A DNA stretch of 64,000 nucleotides from an uncultured Solirubrobacteraceae bacterium (GCA_963763945.1 CAVXQF010000002.1:23635-87634), one strand, 5' to 3'. Counted from the first letter of the stretch, positions 42,171 to 52,921 are shown. Translations and numbers: made by a program. Notes: generated by a model from the letters alone, not told the origin.

Positions 42171-42282
42171 GCTGCGTGGTGGCGCCTTGGGCGTAAGGCT
42201 TCGCCGGCTCGCTATCGATCCCCCTCGTTGAGCCGACATGGCGTAGCCGACTCCCGGTTCGACCGGCAGGCCGGACCGGGAG
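42171..42282 (+). ncRNA. Candidate small structured RNA
   Basis: Starts 5 nt after the -10. Closing stem 42171-77/42241-47, two internal hairpins (one with a C5 loop) and a 3' hairpin 42251-82. Confidence 0.45.
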
Positions 42283-42439
42283 CCCGCGCCGTGGCGATGC
42301 CGCCGGCGCGCGATCGACGACCGTCGGGGCGCGGCACGCTGGCCGCTGCTCTCGGCAGCGGTGGCAGCCGCGCCAGGCGCGGGGCGGCGCGGGCGTATAC
42401 GCTCGACGCTCCGCGGCGCGAGCGCGTCGCGTTCGAGCG

Positions 42440-43726
42440 ATGACGCGCCTCTCCGAATACCTCCTGCCCACCGAGAAGCAGCCGCCGGCCGATGCGGAGG
42501 CGCTCTCGCACAAGCTGATGGTGCGCGCGGGGCTGGTGCGCCAGATGGGCGCGGGCATGTGGAGCTGGCTGCCGGCCGGCTGGCGCGTGCACGAGCGGGT
42601 GGTGGCGATCGTGCGCGAGGAGATGGACGCGATCGGCGGGCAGGAGATGCTGATGCCGGTGCTGCAGCCGGCCGAGCTGTGGCGCAAGACCGGGCGCCTG
42701 GAGATCGAGGAGCTGTTCAAGCTCTCCGACCGCAAGGGCTCGGAGCTCGTGCTGGCGCTGACGCACGAGGAGGCGGTCACGTTCCACGTCTCGCAGATCG
42801 TGCGCTCCTACCGCGATCTGCCGCTGATCCTCTACCACTTCCAGATCAAGGAGCGAGACGAGGCACGTCCACGCGCCGGCGTGCTGCGCACGCGCGAGTT
42901 CATCATGAAGGACGCCTACACGTTCGACCGCGACCAGGCGGGGATGGAGGAGCGCTACGCGCTGCACGTGGGCGCGTATGACCGGATCATGGATCGCACG
43001 GGGCTGCGCTGGTACCGCGTCGAGGGCGACGTCGGCGTGATGGGCGGGCTCGGCGCGCACGAGTACATGGCTCCGTGCGCGGCGGGCGAGGACGAGGTCG
43101 TGCTCGGCGACGGCTACGCGGCGAACGTCGAGGTCGCGCTGCGCACGCCGGGCGTGGAGCGGGTGGGGGACGGCTATACCCGCGACGGCGTCGCGCTGAC
43201 GGTCGAGCCGGCGATCGAGATCGGCAACATCTTCAAGCTCGGCACGCGCTACTCGGAGCCGCTCGGCGCCCGCTATCTCGACGAGCAGGGCAACGAGAAC
43301 GCGATCTGGATGGCCTCTTACGGGATCGGCCCGGCGCGGATCGTGGCCGCCGCGGTCGAGCAGTTCGCCGACGAGCACGGCATCTCCTGGCCGCGCGCGC
43401 TGGCGCCGTTCGCGGTGCAGCTGGTCGCGCTGGGCAAGCCGGGGACCCCCGAGCGTGACGCCGCCGACGCGCTGTACGCGACCCTGCGCGAGGGCGGCGT
43501 GGAGGTGCTCTACGACGACCGCGACGCCGGGCCGGGCGAGAAGTTCGCCGACGCCGAGCTGCTCGGCTGCCCGCTGCGGCTGACCGTCGGGCGGCGCTCG
43601 CTGGAGTCGGGCGAGATCGAGGTGCAGCTGCGCCGCGGGCGCAAAGAGGCGCCGCCTCTGGCGCTCGCGGCCGAGCCGGCAGAGCTGCTGCGCGCGGTGG
43701 ACGAGCTGTGGCAGAGCCTCCCCTAG
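42440..43726 (+). CDS. proS: Proline-tRNA ligase (bacterial type, short)
   Basis: SHKLMVRAG, LTHEE, SYRDLP, RTREFIMKDAYTF, IGNIFKLGTRYS, SYGIG, GEKFADAELLG. Confidence 0.96.
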   Translation: MTRLSEYLLPTEKQPPADAEALSHKLMVRAGLVRQMGAGMWSWLPAGWRVHERVVAIVREEMDAIGGQEMLMPVLQPAELWRKTGRLEIEELFKLSDRKGSELVLALTHEEAVTFHVSQIVRSYRDLPLILYHFQIKERDEARPRAGVLRTREFIMKDAYTFDRDQAGMEERYALHVGAYDRIMDRTGLRWYRVEGDVGVMGGLGAHEYMAPCAAGEDEVVLGDGYAANVEVALRTPGVERVGDGYTRDGVALTVEPAIEIGNIFKLGTRYSEPLGARYLDEQGNENAIWMASYGIGPARIVAAAVEQFADEHGISWPRALAPFAVQLVALGKPGTPERDAADALYATLREGGVEVLYDDRDAGPGEKFADAELLGCPLRLTVGRRSLESGEIEVQLRRGRKEAPPLALAAEPAELLRAVDELWQSLP

Positions 43727-44403
43727 GGGGCCGCGAGCGCCGTCCGCTGACGGTCGCACGGCTGTTCGGCCTCGACCGCTCGGGCCCACCGCCGGCGGCG
43801 ACGCAGAGCGGCAGCCCACTGCGCCCGTGGACGATCCCCAACGCGATCGGCTTTGCGCGCCTGGCGCTGATCCCGGTGTTCCTGGCGGTGGCGCTGTCGA
43901 GCGAGGACGGTGTGGACGCGCTCGCGGCGACGCTGTTCGCGGTGATCGGCTGGGGCGACTACGCGGACGGGATCGCGGCGCGCGTGACGCGCCAGTACAG
44001 CCGGCTCGGCGCGCTGATGGACCCGGTCACCGATCGGCTGCTGATCGTCTCCGGTGCGGTCGTCTGCTGGCGCTTCGAGCTGCTGCCACGCTGGGCGCTG
44101 GCGGTGCTGGCCGTGCGCGAGCTGGCGATGCTCGCGCTCGGGCGCTACGGCCTGCGCCACGGCGTCGAGCTGCGGATCAACTGGCCCGGCCGCCTGGCGG
44201 TGGCGCCCGTGATGGGCTCGTTCTTCTTCGCGATGGTCGGGCTCGGCAAAGCGGGCGAGGTGATGCTCTACGTGGGGCTCGCGCTGGCGCTCTGCGCGAC
44301 GGCGCTCTACCTGCGCACGGGACTGCGTGAAAGCCGCGCCGCGAGTGGCTCCACGGGCGGCTCCACGGGCGGCTCCACCGGCAGCGCTGCAGGGTCCTCC
44401 TAG
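43708..44403 (+). CDS. CDP-alcohol phosphatidyltransferase
   Basis: WTIPNAI, DYADGIAAR...SRLGALMDPVTDR. Confidence 0.93.
   Translation: MAEPPLGGRERRPLTVARLFGLDRSGPPPAATQSGSPLRPWTIPNAIGFARLALIPVFLAVALSSEDGVDALAATLFAVIGWGDYADGIAARVTRQYSRLGALMDPVTDRLLIVSGAVVCWRFELLPRWALAVLAVRELAMLALGRYGLRHGVELRINWPGRLAVAPVMGSFFFAMVGLGKAGEVMLYVGLALALCATALYLRTGLRESRAASGSTGGSTGGSTGSAAGSS
44347..44382 (+). repeat. 12-bp tandem repeat x3 (GSTG)
   Basis: GGCTCCACGGGC x2 plus GGCTCCACCGGC. Confidence 0.8.
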
Positions 44404-44508
44404 CCTCAAGCTCAGCCTGACCTTTTGGTCTATACTCGGCGCTCCTGCCGGACGCACGGACGCTCTCGTGCGGGACCGGCCCAAGCCCGCACGAGGAGAG
44501 AGCCCCAG

Positions 44509-44763
44509 ATGGACGAGACGTTTCCCGATCTTGGCTCGCTCACGGATGTCGAACTGAAAGACGTCATCCGTCAGCTGACCGAGGAAGAGACCGAGGTCTC
44601 CTACAAGCGGCGCATCTTGCACGGCAAGATCGACATCCTGCGCGCCGAGCTGGTCAACCGCCTGCGCAAGAAGCACGACGGCGGCGAGGTGCTGATCACG
44701 GGCGATGACGTGCAGCAGCTGACCGACATCCTTGCTCACCGCCAGTCCGACCCCGACGCCTGA
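44509..44763 (+). CDS. rsiG: Single-motif RsiG/AmfC-like c-di-GMP-binding anti-sigma factor
   Basis: E-x3-S-x2-R-x3-H-x3-D (ETEVSYKRRILHGKID), then ILRAEL; 84 aa. Confidence 0.75.
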   Translation: MDETFPDLGSLTDVELKDVIRQLTEEETEVSYKRRILHGKIDILRAELVNRLRKKHDGGEVLITGDDVQQLTDILAHRQSDPDA

Positions 44764-44778
44764 GCGCGGAGCGGCCAG

Positions 44779-45246
44779 ATGGCCCTGCATTGCACAGAGT
44801 GCGGCTTCGTCAACGCCGAGGGCGCCAACTACTGCCAGCGCTGCGGCGCGCTGCTCGAGCGCGCCCAGGAGGCCGGCGAGCCGGTCACGGCGACGTATCG
44901 CATCGACGAGGACGGCGAGCTCGTCCCGGTCGAGATCGAGCAGGTCACGGCGCGCGGCCCCGCGCTCGTGATCCGCGCCGGCGGCGGGCGCGTGGGCGAG
45001 AGCTTCGCGGTCGACCGCGAGCGCACGAGCATCGGGCGCCGCCCGGATGCAGAGGTGTTCCTCGACGACGTGACCGTCTCGCGCGATCACGCGCTGTTGA
45101 TCCGCCGCGGCGATCAGTGGCACCTCGATGACATGGGCTCGCTCAACGGGACCTATGTGAACCGCTCGCGGATCGAGTCTCAGCGCCTGGAGGAGGGCGA
45201 TGAGGTGCAGATCGGCAAGTACAAGCTGACCTTCCACGTGCGTTGA
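44779..45246 (+). CDS. Zinc-ribbon FHA domain protein (GarA-like)
   Basis: CTECG..N...NYCQRCG, IGR, LDDVTVSRDHA, GSLNGTYVN, QIGKYKL. Confidence 0.93.
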   Translation: MALHCTECGFVNAEGANYCQRCGALLERAQEAGEPVTATYRIDEDGELVPVEIEQVTARGPALVIRAGGGRVGESFAVDRERTSIGRRPDAEVFLDDVTVSRDHALLIRRGDQWHLDDMGSLNGTYVNRSRIESQRLEEGDEVQIGKYKLTFHVR

Positions 45247-46073
45247 TGGCAAGCACGCGCGCGCCACAGGTGGATGTCGAGGAGCTCGAGCGCGAGACTG
45301 CCGGTGCGGCGGGCTCGCGCGCCCGATCCGGGCGGCAGGGCGAGGGCGAGGGTGAGGGCGCGGCGCGGCAGAAGTCGCTGACGATCGGCGCCGTCTGCAA
45401 GGCGCTCGCGCAGGAGTTCCCCGACATCTCGATCTCGAAGATCCGCTATCTGGAGGACCAGAAGCTGCTGACGCCACGGCGCACGCCGGGCGGCTATCGC
45501 CTCTACGGCCAGGGCGACGTCGCGCGCCTGCGCACGATCCTGCGGATGCAGCGCGACGAGTTCCTGCCGCTGCGCGTGATCCGCCAGGAGCTCGCGGCGG
45601 GCCGCTCGGAGGGCGAGCCGACGCCCGCGCCGGGGCGCGTGGCGCGCGAGGGCATGCGCGCGCTGCGGCCGAGCGTGAGCGTGCGCGAGGCGACGGGTGC
45701 GCTGTACTCGCTGGAGGACGTGCTCGAAGACACCCACGCCGAGGAGAAGCTCGTGCGCGAGCTGGAAGAGTACGGCGTGGTCAAGGGCGAGCTGCGCGGC
45801 GGCGTGCGCTACTTCGACGAGACCGAGCGCGAGATCGTCGCGGCTGTCGCCGAGCTCGCGCGCTATGGCGTCGGCGGGCGCAACCTGCGCGTGTTCCGCT
45901 CCTCGGCCGACCGCGAGGCCAACCTGCTGCAGCAGATCCTCGCGCCGGCGCTGCGCTCGCGCAATCCGGAGCGGCGCAAGGAGGCGGTCGAGGCGCTCGA
46001 GAACCTGGCGGCCGTGGCGACGCACCTGAAGCACCTGCTGCTCGTGCGCGACCTGCGCAAGATCGTGCGCTGA
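45246..46073 (+). CDS. MerR-family transcriptional regulator (FtsR-like)
   Basis: TIGAV...EFPDISISKIRYLE, RTPGGYRLY, QRDEFLPLRVI. Confidence 0.92.
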   Translation: MASTRAPQVDVEELERETAGAAGSRARSGRQGEGEGEGAARQKSLTIGAVCKALAQEFPDISISKIRYLEDQKLLTPRRTPGGYRLYGQGDVARLRTILRMQRDEFLPLRVIRQELAAGRSEGEPTPAPGRVAREGMRALRPSVSVREATGALYSLEDVLEDTHAEEKLVRELEEYGVVKGELRGGVRYFDETEREIVAAVAELARYGVGGRNLRVFRSSADREANLLQQILAPALRSRNPERRKEAVEALENLAAVATHLKHLLLVRDLRKIVR

Positions 46074-46636
46074 TGGCCGGCGAGCGCGCAAGCGCCGCGG
46101 CAGGCGCAGAGCTCGAGCAGGGCATGCGGGGCCTGATCCGCGAGATCCCCGACTTCCCGCGCGGCGGGATCAACTTCAAGGACATCACGCCGCTGCTGGC
46201 CGACCCGGGCGCGCTCTCGGCGGCCGTGCGCGCGCTCGCCGAGCTGGCGCGCCCGCTGCAGGTCGACTGCGTGATCGCGGCCGAGGCGCGCGGCTTTTTG
46301 CTCGGCCCGGCGCTGGCGCTCGAGCTGGGGGCGGGCTTCGTGCTGGCGCGCAAGCCGGGCAAGCTGCCCTACGAGACGATCTCAGCCGAATACGAACTGG
46401 AGTACGGCACGAACCAGCTCGAGCTGCACACCGACGCGGTGCAGGACGGCCGGCGCGTGCTCGTGCACGACGACCTGCTCGCGACGGGCGGCACGGCGCT
46501 GGCTCTGTGTGAGCTGGTCGAAGCGCTCGGCGGCGAGGTCGTCGGCTGCGGCTTTCTCGTCGAGCTGGCGTTCCTCGAGGGCCGCGAGCGGCTGGCGCCG
46601 CGCCCGACGCACGCGCTGCTGAGCTACGACGCCTAG
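46073..46636 (+). CDS. apt: Adenine phosphoribosyltransferase
   Basis: IPDFP..GINFKDITP, EARGF, RKPGKLP, DDLLATGGT. Confidence 0.96.
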   Translation: MAGERASAAAGAELEQGMRGLIREIPDFPRGGINFKDITPLLADPGALSAAVRALAELARPLQVDCVIAAEARGFLLGPALALELGAGFVLARKPGKLPYETISAEYELEYGTNQLELHTDAVQDGRRVLVHDDLLATGGTALALCELVEALGGEVVGCGFLVELAFLEGRERLAPRPTHALLSYDA

Positions 46637-46668
46637 GCCGCGGGCGGCGCAGGGGGTCAGGAAAGCTC

Positions 46669-47131
46669 GTGCCGACCGCCAGTCGCAGCCGCACCGATCG
46701 CGATGCCGATTGCGGAGCTTTGGGCGTTGATCGGCGATCCCCACCATCTCCCACGCTGGTGGCCGCGCGTCGACCGCGTCGAGGATGTCGACGGCGGTGC
46801 CTTCACGGAGGTGATGCGCACGTCGAAGGGCAAACTGGTGCGCGCCGACTTCCGCGTGCTGCAGAGCGACGGGGCGGCGCACTCGCTGACGTGGGAGCAG
46901 CAGCTCGAGGGCACCCCGTTCGCGCGCCTGATGAGCGAGGCGCGCACGCGCGTCACGCTCGAGCCGGCCGAGCCCGAGCCGGGCTCCGGCGCGCCGGGCA
47001 CGCGTGTGACGATCGAGCTGCATCAGCGGCTGACGGGCTTCTTCCCGCGCTTCGGCGGCTTGATGGTCAGCCGCGCGGCGGCGAAGACGCTCGACGAGGC
47101 GCTCGACGGGCTGGAGCGGATCGGTGGCTGA
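46669..47131 (+). CDS. SRPBCC family protein (possible frameshift near start)
   Basis: LWALIGDPHHLPRWWP; C-terminal helix LDEALDGL. Confidence 0.75.
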
Positions 47132-48780
47132 GCGCGAGATCCGCCACGCATGCGCTGGTGGGGCTGGGGCGATCCCGAGCACCGCGGCGGCTTGCCGGCC
47201 GAGGCGGGCTCGTTCCTCGCCGAGACGCTCGGCGAGCTGCCGCCGCCGCGCCCGCCGGTGGCGCTCTCGCACGTGCGGCTCGCGCCGACGGCGCTCGGCG
47301 AGGGGACGCTCGACCGGCTTGCGCGCGATCGTCGGCTCGGAGCAGGTGCGCGACGATCACGCCGAACGCGTGCTGCACGCCGCGGGCAAGGGCTATCCGG
47401 ATCTGGTGCGGATGCGCGCGGGCGAGCCCGACGGCGCGCCGGACGCCGTCGTGCTGCCGAGCGGCGCCGAGCAGGCTGACGGCGCTGCTCGAGCTGTGCG
47501 CGCAGAGCTCGCTGGCGGTCGTGCCGTTCGGCGGCGGCACGAGCGTCGTCGGCGGCGTGTCGCCGCTGCGTGGCGAGCACGCGCGGCGTGATCGCGCTCG
47601 ACACCGGGCGGATGGGCGAGCCGCTCGCGCTCGACGCGCGAGTCGCGCACGGTGACGGTGCAGGCGGGCATGCGCGCGCCAGCGCTCGAGCGCCATCTGG
47701 CCAGCGAGCGGGCTGACGCTGGGGCACTACCCGCAATCGTTCGAGTACGTCTCGCTGGGCGGTTGCGCGGCGACGCGCTCGGCGGGTCAGGCCTCGACCG
47801 GCTACGGCCGGATCGAGCAGATGATCAAGGGGCTGCGGATGAGCGCGCCGACGGGCGAGATCGCGCTGCCGGCGCTGCCGGCGAGCGCGGCCGGGCCGTC
47901 GTTGCGCCAGCTCTTGATCGGCTCGGAGGGGACGCTCGGCGTGATCTCCGAGCTGTCGCTGCGCGTACGCCCGGCGCCGCGCGAGCGGATCTACGAGGGC
48001 GTCTTCTTCGAGGACTTCTCAGCCGGCGCGCAAGCGTTGCGCGAGCTTGATCCAGCAAGCGGGCTGCGCCCGAGGTGGCGCGGCTCTCCGACGAGGCCGA
48101 GACGCGCATGTCGCTCGCGCTGGCCGGCTCGGGCGGCGTCAAGGGTCGGCTGGGGCGCGTGTATCTGCGCGCCCGCGGCTACGCCTCGGGCTGCATCGCG
48201 ATCTTCGGCTTCGAGGGCGAGCATGCCGCGGAGCGGCGCGAGCGCGGGCCTGCGGATCGCGCGCGAGAGCGGCGGGCTGGCGGTCGGGCGCTCGCCGGGC
48301 GAGGCGTGGCTGAAGGGGCGCTTCGCGGCGCCGTACCTGCGCGACGAGCTGTTGACGCTCGGCGTGATGGTCGAGACGCTCGAGACGGCCACGCAGTGGT
48401 CGAACGTGAGCGCGCTGCACTCGCGCCGTGGGCAAGGCGATCGAGCGGCGCTTGCGCAAGCGGCGGAACGCCGGGCCTCGTGATGTGCCACGTCTCGCAT
48501 CTGTATGAGACGGGCGCGTCGCTGTACTTCACGTTCCTCGCGCGCCAGCGCGCAGGCGAGGAGCGTCGCGCAGTGGCGCGAGGCCAAGGAAGCGGCCAGC
48601 CGGGCGATCGTCGCAGGGCGGCGGCACGATCACCCACCACCACGCCGTCGGCGTCGACCACGCGCCGTGGCTCGCCGCCGAGGTGGGGGAGGGCGGCGTG
48701 CGCGCGCTGCGCGCGCGTGAAGGACGAGCTCGACCCGGCGGGGATCATGAACCCCGGCAAGCTGCTCGGCCGGGTAGCGC
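47124..48780 (+). CDS. FAD-linked oxidoreductase (alkylglycerone-phosphate synthase-like), multiple frameshifts
   Basis: Fragments WWGWG, PFGGGTSVVGG, GSEGTLGVI, ETLETATQW, CHVSHLYETGASLYFTF and DPAGIMNPGKL spread over three frames. Ends approximate. Confidence 0.8.
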
Positions 48781-48818
48781 CGCTGGCAGCGCCGGCCCGG
48801 CGGCCAGGGCGCCTCGCG

Positions 48819-49831
48819 CTAATGCAGCGCGAACGCCCCGCGCAGCACGATCGGCCCGGGTTTGCCGGGTTTCGGCGGCGGTCTCGCGGCGTGAGCAGCA
48901 TCGTGTGGTACTTGCCGGCGTCTTTCGGCAGCAGCGCGCCGCCCTGGACGTTGCCGCTGGAGCCGACGTCGGGCGCGCGGCTGAGCGCCTCGTAGCTGGT
49001 CGGCGAGTTGTACAGCCAGACGGCGTAGAAGAAGCCCTTGCCTTTGGACGGCGGCAGGTGCTGCGGCGGCCAGGTAGAAGGCGTACTGGCTGCCTTCGGA
49101 GAGCACCTCGGCGACGCCCACGGCGTTGCTGGAGGCGTCGGCGAGGTCAGCGTGATGCGCTTGTCTTCTTTGGCCTGCGATTTCTGCGTGCCCGTGGTTT
49201 GCTGTGCGCCGACGATTTGTCTGACGAGCTCGTTTCGCTCGCCGCGCTGCCGTTCGAGCCGGCAGAGTTGCTCGAGGAGCCGCCGCCGCCGGCGAGCAGC
49301 ACGACCGCCACGACGACCACGGCGACGATCGCGGCCAGCAGCAGTGCGCCGCGGATGCGCGCCGTCGAAGCCGGCGAGCGAGGCTGCGCTACGCGCTCGG
49401 GGCGGGCTGTCGCCGGAAGCGACGCGCTCGCCGCTGCAGGCGCCGCAGGTGACACGGCTCGCGGCGGGGCTCGCGCCGCCCGGGATCTCGGGCAGCGCCG
49501 CGCCGGCCAGCGGCTCGAGCTGCTCGGCGAGCGCCGTGGCCCACGCCTGCGCCTGCGGCGAGCCGTCGAGGTAGGTGCGCGTCGGCCAGACGCTCGGCAA
49601 CGCCCGAGCGCTGGCCGAGCAGGTAGTCGCCGACCTGCTCGCGCTGCGCCGCCGTCAGCCCGCGCGCCTGCTTCGGCGGCGAGCACGGCGAGCGCTGCGT
49701 GCGCGCGATCGTGCACGGCGCGCTCGTCGATCTCGAGCATGCGCGGCGACCTCGGCGTAGCTCTTGCCCCGGCGAAGGAGCAGCGAGAGCGTCGCGCGCT
49801 GGTCGGGGGGGAGGTCATCCAGTCGGCTCAT
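48819..49831 (-). CDS. Membrane-anchored anti-sigma-like hypothetical protein, multiple frameshifts
   Basis: Starts MSRLDDLPPDQRATLSLL; single TM GALLLAAIVAVVVVAVV; C-terminal FYAVWLYNS. Frames broken. Confidence 0.55.
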
Positions 49832-49905
49832 CGATTTGGGCTGGCCCTCCCGCGCGGCTCGCTCGCGGCGGCGGAGGGGGATTCGTAGGCTATCGTGGCG
49901 CCGCG

Positions 49906-50538
49906 ATGGCCAAGCCGAGTGCCGAGGAGCTAGCCGCGTCGGTGCAGGGATTCGACCGGCTCTACGGCCTCGAACTGCTCGCCTACGACGATCGGCAGGT
50001 CACCGCGCAGGTGGTCGTGCGCGAGGAGCTCAAGCAGCCGGCGGGGCTCGTGCACGGCGGCGTGTATGCGTCGATCGCCGAGTCGATGGCCTCGATGGCG
50101 ACGGCGCTTGCGGTGATCCCGGAAGGCAGCATGGCGATGGGTCTGTCCAACAGCACGAGCTTCCTGCGGCCGGTGACCGAGGGCACCGTGCACGCGCAGG
50201 CCACGCGCTTGCACCGGGGGCGCACGACGTGGGTGTGGGACGTGCGCTTCACCGACGATGCCGGGCGCGCGTGCGCGATCACGCGGATGACGATCGCCGT
50301 GCGGCCGCTGCCGCGAGGGCGTGGCCGCGCCCACCGCGCTGAGGCCCCAGGCCCGCCCCCGAGGGCTCTCCTCAGCGCAGCGCGCGCAGCGGCGAGGGCA
50401 CCTGCGAGGGTAGCGGCGTCGAGCCGAAGCCGGTGTCGGGCAGCCGCGTGGGCAGCGGCGCGCCGGGTTCGCCGAGCGTCGTTGATCGGCACGATCGTCT
50501 GCGCGGCCGCCGCGGCCAGGCGCGCGCTGTCGGCGTAG
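49906..50538 (+). CDS. PaaI-family thioesterase
   Basis: QPAGLVHGGVYASIAE, TSFLRP, HRGRTTWVW. The true stop may be earlier (~50342) if the tail is frameshifted. Confidence 0.88.
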   Translation: MAKPSAEELAASVQGFDRLYGLELLAYDDRQVTAQVVVREELKQPAGLVHGGVYASIAESMASMATALAVIPEGSMAMGLSNSTSFLRPVTEGTVHAQATRLHRGRTTWVWDVRFTDDAGRACAITRMTIAVRPLPRGRGRAHRAEAPGPPPRALLSAARAAARAPARVAASSRSRCRAAAWAAARRVRRASLIGTIVCAAAAARRALSA

Positions 50539-50996
50539 ACGTCGACGACGACGCCGCCGGTGGCGATCGCGACGGTGCGCCCGCGCTCGGCGAGCACGGC
50601 CTGCACGCCGCGCAGCACGGCGGTGCTCCGCGAGCGTGCTGCCGCCGGGGACGAAGCTGTTGTCGGGCGAGGTGACGACGCTGCAGCGGGCGTGACGCAC
50701 GTGCTCTGCCCGCCGACAACGCAGTCGCCGTACTGCACGGAGAAGGCGCCGCCGGGGTCGTGCGAGGCGTCGGTGATCTGCAGGCCCTGGAAGGAGCGCC
50801 CGAGCCAGTAGACGGGGTAGGGCGCGACGATCAGGCTCTCGAGCGTGTTGTGCGCTATCGGGCGGTCCTGCAGCGTGTCGCCGCAGCGCGCCGAGCGCGA
50901 GCGCGCAGGCGGCGAGCAGCCCGGCGAGCGCGGCCGAGCCGCGTGCGCGTTGTGCGCGCGCGCGATCGTGTGCGGCGTGTTGCGCGGAGCGAGCAT
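50372..50996 (-). CDS. Putative lipoprotein, frameshifted
   Basis: Fragments CGDTLQDRPI, PYPVYWLG, VQYGDC and C-terminal LPDTGFGSTPLP in different frames. Confidence 0.5.
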
Positions 50997-51005
50997 CTGC
51001 GGCGC

Positions 51006-52778
51006 TCAGCCGCGGTAGCGGTTGGTGATCGGCATGCGCCGGTCGCGCCCGAAGGCGCAGCGGCGTGACCTTGATGCCGGGCGGCGCCTGGCGGCGCTTG
51101 TACTCGGCGAGGTCGACGAGCCGCGATCGCGCGCTCGACCTCCTCCGCGGGCAGGCCCTCGGCGACGAGCTGCTCGCGGCTGCGGTGCAGCTCGACGTAG
51201 CCGCGCAGGATGCGGTCGAGCAGTCGTAGGGGGGCAAGCGAGTCCTCGTCGCGCTGGTCGGCGCGCAGCTCGGCCGACGGCGCGCGCTCGATGATCGAGC
51301 TGGGGATCGGAGATGGCGACGCCGCCTGAGGCGGCGGCGTCTGGCGAGTTGCGCCAGGCGCAGAGGCGGTAGACGAGCGTCTTGGGCACGTCCTTGATCA
51401 CGGCGAAGCCGCCGGCGAGGTCGCCGTACAGGGTCGTGTAGCCGACCGACATCTCGGACTTGTTGCCGGTCGTCAGCACGAGCCAGCCGAACTTGTTCGA
51501 GAGCGCCATCAGCAGGTTGCCGCGGATCCGCGCCTGCAGGTTCTCCTCGGTGAGGTCGCGCTCGTGGCCCTCGAAGGTCGGCGCCGAGCGTCTCGGCGTA
51601 GGTGTCGTACGACGGGCTCGATCGGCAGCTCGTGCGACCTGCGACGCCGAGCGCCGCCGCGAGCGCGCGGGCGTCGCCCTGCGTGGCCGAGGAGGAGAAC
51701 TGCGAGGGCATGATCGCCACGCTCACGCGCTCGGCGCCGAGCGCGTCGACGGCCAGGCAGGCGACGAGCGCCGAGTCGATCCCGCCGGAGAGGCCGAGCA
51801 CGACGTGGCCGAAGCCGTTCTTCTGCACGTAGTCGTGCAGCCCGAGCGCGAGCGCCGCGTAGATCTCGGCCTCGATCGGCTGCAGCGGCTCTGCCAGCGG
51901 GCCGCCGGCCGGGCGCGCGCCGGTGCCCGCCTCGGCGCTCGCCGGCAGCCCGGGCAGCACGGCGACGCGGGCCGAACCGCCGCCGGCGCCGATCGGCGAG
52001 CGCGTGCTCGCGCGGTGGCCCGACTCGCGCAGGCGCGCCGCGGCGGCGGCCTCGAGGTCGACGTCGCAGATCAACAGCTCCTCGCTGGAACTGCGCGGCG
52101 CGCGCGATCGTCTGCGCCGGTGTGGTCGACGACGAAGGAGTGCCCGTCGAAGATCGAGCTCGTCCTGGCCGCCGACGAGCGCGCAGAAGGCCACGCAGGC
52201 GAGGTTGTCGCGTGCGCGCTGGGCGAACATCCGCTCGCGCTCGGCGCCCTTGCCGGCGTGGTAGGGCGAGGCGGAGATGTTGACGATCAGCGTCGCGCCC
52301 GCCAGCGCCTCGTCGCTGGCCGGGGGCCCGGGCTCCCAGATGTCCTCGCAGACGGTCAGCCCGACGGCGCTGCCTGGCCGATGTCGATCACGGCGCCGGC
52401 GCCACCCGCCTGGAAGTAGCGCTCCTCGTCGAACACGCCGTAGTTGGGCAGGTGGACCTTGCGGTAGACCGCGTGCACAGCGCCGTCGGCGAGCACGGCG
52501 GCCGAGTTGTAGACGTCCTCGGCGCGCTCGGGGTAGCCGACGACCGCGACCAGCCCATGCGTGTCGGCGGCCAGCTCGCGCAGCGCCGCCGCCGCGTCGG
52601 CGAGGAAGTGCTCGCGCAGCAGCAGGTCCTCCGGCGGATAGCCCGTCAGCGCGAGCTCCGGAAAGAGCACGATGTCGGCGCCCGCCTCGAGCGCCGTCGC
52701 CCGGCCCGCGCGGATCCGCTCGGCGTTGCCCGCGATGTCGCCGACGGTCGCGTTCATCTGGCAGAGGGCCAGGCGCAC
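51006..52778 (-). CDS. nadE: Glutamine-dependent NAD+ synthetase, multiple frameshifts
   Basis: [50 protein letters not shown] and YKRRQAPPG across frames. Confidence 0.93.
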
Positions 52779-52813
52779 GCTATCGCTCCCTGCCCGCAGT
52801 CACGGGTGGACGG

Positions 52814-52921
52814 TCAGCGATCCGGTTTGATCGAGCGAATCTCGATTGCGATGACGTTCTTCGGCGGCATCGCAGGCATTGGACTCGGAGCTGCTGGCTT
52901 GGGCGAAGGCGTGGCGGCCAT
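52814..52921 (-). CDS. Possible 35-aa Pro-rich peptide
   Basis: MAATPSPKPAAPSPMPAMPPKNVIAIEIRSIKPDR; its ATG begins 1 nt after the stop of the upstream ORF. Confidence 0.4.
   Translation of the reverse strand: MAATPSPKPAAPSPMPAMPPKNVIAIEIRSIKPDR

Noticed and set aside
42171-42439. T-box riboswitch for proS
   Set aside because: No GGTGGNACC antiterminator or recognisable stem I.
44403-44436. MerR-type operator upstream of rsiG
   Set aside because: The dyad symmetry (TCAAG/CCTGA) is too weak to support from sequence alone.
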